In this document: in pieces, positions 17,177 to 23,793 of the stretch
How positions within the stretch are numbered: the first letter of the stretch is position 1
How the letters are laid out: each line of letters starts with the position of its first letter
From: Candidatus Heimdallarchaeota archaeon
GTDB lineage: Archaea > Asgardarchaeota > Heimdallarchaeia > Heimdallarchaeales > Heimdallarchaeaceae
DNA length: 32,000 nucleotides
Reading direction: 5' to 3'
NCBI GenBank assembly: GCA_030668875.1
Contig: DAOVER010000001.1
Location: forward strand, 60,001 to 92,000
Notes under the pieces: model-generated
Databases searched by the model: none
The model's input: the letters and a program-made list of their open reading frames with translations, nothing else
What the model was told of the DNA's origin: nothing
Made by a program: the position numbers and the translations under genes

Positions 17177-20149
17177 ATGTCTTCTTTAAAACTTTCACCA
17201 GACAACTTCATATTTCATCGTTTAACGCTCCACAATTTTAAGATGCATAAGTTCACAGAATTAGAATTGTCTGAACTGCCTATCATAGTTATCTCAGGTG
17301 CAAATGGTAGTGGAAAAACACAGATTCTCGAAGCTCTTATCCTTTCTATAGGACATACACCAAGTAGAGTAAGCTTGAGTTCATACAAAGATCTTGTTGG
17401 ACCCTTTAATGACCATTGCATAATCCAACTATTTTTGAGAAATCCCACGATAAATGATCAACGATTGATTTCTAGCTCTGATCCTGATATTAGCAATATT
17501 GTAAACAAAGATAGATTTCATTTAGAAATAAGAATCAACAAAGAAGGGGATATGAGAAGAAGCATTGTTGATTCTAAAGGCAAAAAGCAGTCTATTGCTC
17601 GAAAACAAATACAGCGATTAATGAAAAGCATTGGTATTTATGATGATACAATGCTCAATTTTACCGAAGAAGGGTATCTAAGCTCATTTGCTGATGGTTC
17701 TCCACGTAAGAAATTGGAGAGTCTTCTTGCAGCTACTGGACTAAAAGAGATATTTGCAAGTTATTTAACTTCAAAGATAAGAGTTGATGAAAAAAACAGA
17801 GATTTCTCTCCTTTAGTGTTGCAACTTGAAAAAGAAAAAATTTCTTTGAACAAACTGAAAGAAAATTTCGAAAGATTAGAAAAAAAGAGAGAGCTTATCA
17901 CCCGTTTTGAGAATGTTGATAGAGAATTAGTTTGGTTTAACGCATTAGACAGTAAAGATAGATTGCAGGAATCTAATAAAGAACTTACATCCAAGAAAAA
18001 GGAATTAAGTAGTCTAAACACGCAGATGCAATCTACCAATGAGAACTATGACAAAATTAGAAAAGAACTAGAGAAACTGGAGAAAGATAATAATAATTTG
18101 ATTAATGAGAGAGATGAATTAAGTGATAAAGTGAGTCGATTTGAGGGACAGAAAGAAGAAAAGGAAAGAAAAATAAACCAATTCAAGGAAAATCTCAAAA
18201 ACATAGACGAGAAACTTACCGAATTTCGCAAAGTAAAAACCAATGATAATTTAAGTGATAAAATTAGCCTTCAAGATCAACTGAGTAGTATTAAAAAACA
18301 GCAGCAGTATCTAAATGTCAGAATAAAAGATATTTCAAAAGAATTGAGAGAAAAAGCTGTTGAAGAGAAAGAGATTAAGGAACGTATCAATGAACGAGCA
18401 GGTCTTCATGGTGATTTAAGTGATTATGAGAGAAATCTTGTAAAGGATACTGTAAAATTCAAAGAAGGAATCAAATCCTCTCGTTATGCAGGAGAGATTA
18501 TAGGACCAGTTTATGAAATCATAACAATCTTACCTGATTTTGTAGAGTATTCTGAAGTAATAAAGCAAGCTTTGGGTCGAACTTTATTTGGGTTCATTGC
18601 TACATCTGAGGAGGCATATCAGACAGCTAAAGAGATTTACGATACTCTCTTCCCGTCATTTAAACCTAATTTCACAGTAGGAAGAGTACTAGAGGATGAA
18701 CGAGGCCCTAAACCTGATTATCTCACATCCACTGCTATGGGCGAGAAACCAGATGGTGTGATTGATAATGTTATTAATTTAATAGAAACCTCCACTCAAG
18801 TAAAACTATATCTTAAACGATTTGTAAACGTTATTCTTGCAATTCCTGAATTATCACCAAATCTTCTAACCAATTATGCAAAACAGATAAGAGCAAATAT
18901 TCTTACTGCTGATGGTAAGAGTTACTATCTATCTAGAGAAGCTTTTTCCAGACCACCAAGAAAATATCGTGTGAAATTAAATGTTTCTTTGGATAAATAT
19001 CTGTCAATAGAAAGGATACGTGAAAACTTACAAAATCTTTATTCTAACATGGAAGAGTTAGTTACAGAAGAAAGCAAATATATTCAAGAAATAAGCCAAC
19101 TTGAAAATAAGAAAAGAGAAATAGAAAATTCTCTGCGACCATGGGAGATATCAGGAGACGAATTAGAAAGAGAATTTATCAATCTAGAAAATAAGAAGGA
19201 TGAGATTGAACAACAATTAAAAGAAGAAAATATTGGTTTGGAACAGATTGAGGAGAAAATCGAAAGTCATACTTCTCATTTAATTGAGATGGATAATGAA
19301 TTAAAAATCAAAAGAAGTCTTGAAAATAAAAAGAGAAATGAGTTTTCAGAATTAACACATAATATCAATGAGCTTTCATCCAAAAAAAACAGGATTATCA
19401 GGCATGTTGAATTGTTGAATATTGAGGTGGGGGAAATAGAGACACAGCACAACGAATTGCTCGGTTTGGCTCAAGAGAAAGGCTTACAGCCTGAAATTAT
19501 CCGTGAAAATAAGGAGGAAATCTTCTCAGATTATAACAAAATTAAAGGGCAACTTGAACTGCTAGAAATAACACCCAAAGTAACTGAAGAAACTTTGAAA
19601 GAGCAAGAAAGTAAAGTTGAGAAATTACAAATAGAAGTAGAAGAAAATCAAAAACACTTGGATAATCTCAAGAAAGATTTAGATAAACGTTTAGCTGAAT
19701 GGGAAGGTAGTTTGTACCAAATAGTTTCCCACCTTAATAAAATGCTCAATTTACTTCTAAAAGACGTTTTTGCGAATATCTCTTTAAGTATCGTAAACTA
19801 CAATGATGAAACAAATTCAGGGTTGATAATTGAGGCTGAAACAAAAGGTGATGAAAGAAAATATAGACAGTTATCAGGTGGGGAAAAAACGTTAATCGCT
19901 CAAGCTATAATCTTAGCACTCCACATGATAAACCATTCCCCAATTCATGCCATTGATGAGTTTACGCAAAAATTAGATAAGAAGAATAAATCATTAGCTT
20001 TTTCAATGGCTTTGGCTACCTATGAGATAGCAAAAGAGAATAGATCTATAACCCCGCAATTTCTTCTAATTACTCCTTCGCTTGATGAAGTTCAACTTTC
20101 AGATGAGTTTACACATAAAATATTAATTGAATCTAAGGTGATTGTATGA
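17177..20149 (+). CDS. SMC-family ATPase, Smc5/6-related
   Basis: Walker A GANGSGKT (17297-17320), two long coiled coils flanking a hinge (IIGPVYEII..ALGRTLFGFIA), signature LSGGEKT, Walker B/D-loop IHAIDEFTQKLD, and QFLLITP in place of the H-loop. Confidence 0.92.
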   Translation: MSSLKLSPDNFIFHRLTLHNFKMHKFTELELSELPIIVISGANGSGKTQILEALILSIGHTPSRVSLSSYKDLVGPFNDHCIIQLFLRNPTINDQRLISSSDPDISNIVNKDRFHLEIRINKEGDMRRSIVDSKGKKQSIARKQIQRLMKSIGIYDDTMLNFTEEGYLSSFADGSPRKKLESLLAATGLKEIFASYLTSKIRVDEKNRDFSPLVLQLEKEKISLNKLKENFERLEKKRELITRFENVDRELVWFNALDSKDRLQESNKELTSKKKELSSLNTQMQSTNENYDKIRKELEKLEKDNNNLINERDELSDKVSRFEGQKEEKERKINQFKENLKNIDEKLTEFRKVKTNDNLSDKISLQDQLSSIKKQQQYLNVRIKDISKELREKAVEEKEIKERINERAGLHGDLSDYERNLVKDTVKFKEGIKSSRYAGEIIGPVYEIITILPDFVEYSEVIKQALGRTLFGFIATSEEAYQTAKEIYDTLFPSFKPNFTVGRVLEDERGPKPDYLTSTAMGEKPDGVIDNVINLIETSTQVKLYLKRFVNVILAIPELSPNLLTNYAKQIRANILTADGKSYYLSREAFSRPPRKYRVKLNVSLDKYLSIERIRENLQNLYSNMEELVTEESKYIQEISQLENKKREIENSLRPWEISGDELEREFINLENKKDEIEQQLKEENIGLEQIEEKIESHTSHLIEMDNELKIKRSLENKKRNEFSELTHNINELSSKKNRIIRHVELLNIEVGEIETQHNELLGLAQEKGLQPEIIRENKEEIFSDYNKIKGQLELLEITPKVTEETLKEQESKVEKLQIEVEENQKHLDNLKKDLDKRLAEWEGSLYQIVSHLNKMLNLLLKDVFANISLSIVNYNDETNSGLIIEAETKGDERKYRQLSGGEKTLIAQAIILALHMINHSPIHAIDEFTQKLDKKNKSLAFSMALATYEIAKENRSITPQFLLITPSLDEVQLSDEFTHKILIESKVIV

Positions 20150-20901
20150 CAGACCAAGAATCTACAGATGGAGCTCACAGTTCGGAGACAACAATGATTG
20201 AAGAGACAAGTGACTGGTCTGAGATAATCTTTCAAACTCTTTTTGAATTAGAAAAAAAATATTCAAAATCGCTCAGGAAGAAAGAAGTAGTAGGAGTGAT
20301 TGAGTCAGAAAATGATAGGAAGAGAGTATCCGATGCTTATATTTACCTTAATAGTCAGAGGGAGAGTCTGGTGGATTCTGCACTATATGAAGGTTTCATT
20401 GACATGGGTGAGTTGAGGGAATCAAGCTATTTGGAACAGATGTTTCTTCTAGAACAAAGACTGAATAACTTTGGGCGATTTGTAGCAAAATCATGCCAGT
20501 CAATATTTTTTACAATGGGGAAACCTACTATAGAATATAGTAGTGTAGATCTCGGAGCTAAACTAGATTTGATAGAATCTGAAGATATGGATGAAATCAA
20601 ACTCTTCATTCGGAGAAATCAAGATGTACTTAGAGTATTTGAAAGCACTTTTTTGAGTTATGGTGATATAGTGAATTATGAAAAAGATTTGTTTGAGAAG
20701 CTTCTAAATAAAAGATTCAAGAAAAAAGAATTGGAAGGTCTATTATCAGTAGTAGAAACTGAAATCTTATCTAAGATGATCAGTGAGAAAAAAATAAGAG
20801 TGGTTCAACAAGATGACTATCTTATATTTTCAAAGAACGGTGATTATGAAGAATTAAAGGGAATATCTAGTAGTGTTCTTCTATCACCAAAGAAAAACTG
20901 A
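20146..20901 (+). CDS. Putative kleisin (ScpA/Nse4-like) subunit
   Basis: ATGA overlap with the SMC stop; 251 aa. N-terminal helical region RKRVSDAYIYLNSQ and C-terminal winged-helix-like end LSKMISEKKIRVVQQDDYLIF. Confidence 0.55.
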   Translation: MTDQESTDGAHSSETTMIEETSDWSEIIFQTLFELEKKYSKSLRKKEVVGVIESENDRKRVSDAYIYLNSQRESLVDSALYEGFIDMGELRESSYLEQMFLLEQRLNNFGRFVAKSCQSIFFTMGKPTIEYSSVDLGAKLDLIESEDMDEIKLFIRRNQDVLRVFESTFLSYGDIVNYEKDLFEKLLNKRFKKKELEGLLSVVETEILSKMISEKKIRVVQQDDYLIFSKNGDYEELKGISSSVLLSPKKN

Positions 20902-20909
20902 GAAGTGAT

Positions 20910-21515
20910 GTGCTAATGGAAGAGGAGTTTCACAATACGGATGAAGTACAAGGTGACAAACCTGAAATTGTCAAACTTCCAGCAGCTATAACAGATGAAG
21001 AAAAAAGTGAATTGTTCAAAGAATTAACTACTATTCTGTCTAGAAGATGGGTTAAAGACAAGATATTCGTTTTTGGAAGTTCAGAGATTGATCTTCTACT
21101 TGCAACAAGATTTGACATTGATACGCTTCGTGAGATTATTGAAGAATACAAAAGATTTGTTGAAATTCTTGGATTGGAAGTAGTGGAATATACTCTTGAC
21201 GGTGAAATGTGGTATAGTTTAAAATCTGCATTTTATGCTCCTTCAGAATTAATGAAGAGCGAATTCGTTGTTCTTGGAACAATAATTGGGATCCTTGAAA
21301 CCCAGACAGAACCTCTTTTAACAAAGATAATTAAAGAAAAATTAATCGATACAAACAGAATGAAAGCGTATCAAGTTGATTTATGTTTACGAAAATTAAC
21401 ACAACAAGGCTATATAAAGAGACACCAGAATGTTTTGTCATATAATTATAGAACTCTAGTCGAATATGGAGAAGAAGAAAGGAGAAAAATAGCAGAGGAG
21501 TTTCGAAAAATTTGA
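20910..21515 (+). CDS. Putative KITE (tandem winged-helix, Nse1/Nse3/ScpB-like) subunit
   Basis: LREIIEEYKRFVEILGLEVVEYTLDGEMWYSL (WH-A) and VDLCLRKLTQQGYIKRHQNVLSYNYRTLVE (WH-B). The start could be ATG 20916. Confidence 0.68.
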   Translation: MLMEEEFHNTDEVQGDKPEIVKLPAAITDEEKSELFKELTTILSRRWVKDKIFVFGSSEIDLLLATRFDIDTLREIIEEYKRFVEILGLEVVEYTLDGEMWYSLKSAFYAPSELMKSEFVVLGTIIGILETQTEPLLTKIIKEKLIDTNRMKAYQVDLCLRKLTQQGYIKRHQNVLSYNYRTLVEYGEEERRKIAEEFRKI

Positions 21516-21967
21516 AAGAAATAGAAATTTTACACTGTTATATAAGATGTGCTTTTTGTAATTCATTGATGATGCTGAAAGAAGCTGCATTAGGAGGTTG
21601 GGAGGTTTGTAATGGATGTCAACTTGTGTTCTGTTCTAAATGTAAAAATGAATACAAATCATTAGAAGTGTGTCCTGGTTCAGTTTATGTCAGTGAGCAC
21701 AAACCAATTTTCGACTTATTGCCAATAGAACAAATATTTGATCTCTCTATGCAGATGCAAAGAAAACCAAAAGAAGGAAGGTTTGTTCCAAAGATATTTT
21801 TTGAAGATGAAAAAACAAAAGTGAACATCATAGAAAACAAAAGCAAACAGAAACAAGAAATGGATTTCAGCATAGTAAGGTTTAGAGAAGAACAATGGAG
21901 AAAATTCGGAACTGTTTTAGTTAAAAGAAAGGATGGAAAATTTCTCACTTGGGGTCAAATTGATTAA
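21512..21967 (+). CDS. RING-variant zinc-finger protein
   Basis: TTGA overlap with the KITE stop. C13-x2-C16-x16-C33-x2-C36-x4-C41-x2-C44-x9-C54(PG)-x8-H63. Confidence 0.75.
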   Translation: MKEIEILHCYIRCAFCNSLMMLKEAALGGWEVCNGCQLVFCSKCKNEYKSLEVCPGSVYVSEHKPIFDLLPIEQIFDLSMQMQRKPKEGRFVPKIFFEDEKTKVNIIENKSKQKQEMDFSIVRFREEQWRKFGTVLVKRKDGKFLTWGQID

Positions 21968-22151
21968 AAGAAAAAGGAGAAAGAAAGTTTATGATTTAAT
22001 TCTATTGGATAAAAGTACTTACAATTATTATGATTAACTAATGTAATTCATGGAAATTTCAGCTTAAAATGAAGTGAAAAACTTTTATAGATAGATTTCT
22101 AGTTTGTCACATGGTATTTAATCCAATATCATTTAAAAGGTTGAAGATAAT

Positions 22152-23633
22152 ATGAAAATAAAAAACATAACATTAATTACTATTTTGTTAACATCATTAA
22201 CTATTGGTCCTTTCTTATCGGTGAATGCAAAAACTGACTCTCCAATTACTCCAATTGCAACACCAGATGATACCGTGTTAACTATTGTTACAAGGCATGA
22301 TACAACAATACAAGCAGCTTTTACAACTGCTTTTCTTGCAACTCCAAGAGCCATAGAACTTGGAATCACTGACATGGTTTTCCTACAAGCAACAACAGAT
22401 GAAGGGTGGAAAAAACTGTTAGAAGATCCGTCAAAATCTGTAGATCTTGCATGGGGTGGCGGACCAGCATTATTCAATACCATGAATAACTGGGGATTGC
22501 TTAAACCAATTGACAATACGACTTTGGTTGATTACATCAATACAAATGTTCCTGATACAATTGCAGGAGCAGGTATGAAATTAAACAACACAAGTGGTGA
22601 TCTAATTTGGATTGCAAACGCTATATCCTCTTTTGGTTTTACTGTAAACCATGATTTCCTTGATCAATATGGTCTCCCAGTACCACGTACATGGGCAGAA
22701 CTAGCATCACCAACTTACTACATCGATCCAAGCGTAAAGGCTATTAGTATGGGTGATCCTCCTTTAACTACCTCAAATACAAGGATATACCAAATTATAC
22801 TCCAGGCATTTGGATGGGAAGAAGGATGGTCAATAATGACACGTATGGGTGCAAATTCTGGTATATATCCTGGTTCAGTTGACACTCGTGCTGCAGTAGT
22901 TCAAGGTGAAGTAGGAATCGCTATGACAATAGATTTTTATGGTGTTATTGCTGAAAGAGAAAACCCACGTACAGAATATATAATACCTGACAGGCAATCA
23001 ATTGTAAATGGAGATCCTATAGCCTTAGGAGCAAATGTAGATGATCAAGAAAAAGCAGAAGCATTTCTTGAATACCTGTTCTCAGATGAAGGACAAACGG
23101 TTTGGTTAACTGAGGGTCTTGATCGTCTTCCTGTAATGGAATCTGCTTTTTGGACACCAATAGGTCAAACCAAGGATGCGCTCTATATCCTTTATAATGA
23201 CACTTTAGCAAACGAAGGAATTCCATTCGATGAAATAGAAGCTACCGAACTGCTTGATGTAACAATTTACTATTTCCATAATACAATCACTGAGAAACAC
23301 CCCCTGTTACGTCAAACTTGGGGAGAAATGATTACTCAACTAGAAAACGAAGACATTAATGAAACTTATTTTGACGAATTAAAAGCAGATTTAGGAGTTG
23401 TGAATATGACTTACGAAGAAGCATTTGCTATTAATGTTGAATTCACTAGTGATCCTTTAGTCGCTGCTCAATATGAGAGTCAATGGAGAAACTTCGCTGG
23501 AACAAAATATAATGCAATATACCAAGCATTAACTGGAGAACCAACTACTTCACCATTCCCCACATTACCTATAGTATTTGCTATAGCTATATTAGCTGCT
23601 ATTCCAGTAATTCGTAAAAAACGCAGAAATTAG
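22152..23633 (+). CDS. ABC transporter substrate-binding protein (Fe3+/thiamine/AfuA-like family), C-terminally anchored
   Basis: Signal peptide, VDLAWGGGP, SSFGFTVN, GDPPLTTSN, VVQGEVGIAMTIDFYG, AEAFLEYLFSDEGQ, and a TM helix plus RKKRRN. Confidence 0.9.
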   Translation: MKIKNITLITILLTSLTIGPFLSVNAKTDSPITPIATPDDTVLTIVTRHDTTIQAAFTTAFLATPRAIELGITDMVFLQATTDEGWKKLLEDPSKSVDLAWGGGPALFNTMNNWGLLKPIDNTTLVDYINTNVPDTIAGAGMKLNNTSGDLIWIANAISSFGFTVNHDFLDQYGLPVPRTWAELASPTYYIDPSVKAISMGDPPLTTSNTRIYQIILQAFGWEEGWSIMTRMGANSGIYPGSVDTRAAVVQGEVGIAMTIDFYGVIAERENPRTEYIIPDRQSIVNGDPIALGANVDDQEKAEAFLEYLFSDEGQTVWLTEGLDRLPVMESAFWTPIGQTKDALYILYNDTLANEGIPFDEIEATELLDVTIYYFHNTITEKHPLLRQTWGEMITQLENEDINETYFDELKADLGVVNMTYEEAFAINVEFTSDPLVAAQYESQWRNFAGTKYNAIYQALTGEPTTSPFPTLPIVFAIAILAAIPVIRKKRRN

Positions 23634-23666
23634 AGGTATAACCTCTAATCCCTTTCTTTCTTTTTT
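23629..23666 (+). terminator. Hairpin plus U-tract terminator after the SBP gene
   Basis: Perfect 9-bp stem ATTAGAGGT-ATA-ACCTCTAAT (23629-23649), followed by CCCTTTCTTTCTTTTTT. Confidence 0.7.
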
Positions 23667-23793
23667 AATATTAAAATCTTTAATTTCTAGTGATTTTCCA
23701 GTAATTTTTCACGAATCTCTCTAAAATTTTAAGTAAAGTTCAAAAAGCATTAAGTTTATTGGCGTTTGACTAAAGATTTCTGGAAGAATTAAA

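Noticed and set aside
17177-20149. Rad50/SbcC assignment for the coiled-coil ATPase
   Set aside because: No central CxxC zinc hook, a globular hinge is present, and there is no adjacent Mre11/SbcD nuclease.
21480-21515. Canonical programmed -1 ribosomal frameshift fusing KITE and RING
   Set aside because: A_AAA_ATT and A_AAA_ATA do not fit X_XXY_YYZ, and I saw no clear stimulatory structure. Translational coupling is simpler, so fusion is kept only as a hypothesis.
17177-21967. Canonical Wadjet (JetABCD) defence system
   Set aside because: Gene order differs, no JetD Toprim nuclease is present, and the ATPase motifs are Smc5/6-like rather than MukB/JetC-like.
22133-22516. 127-aa minus-strand ORF
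   Set aside because: Antisense shadow of the SBP gene.
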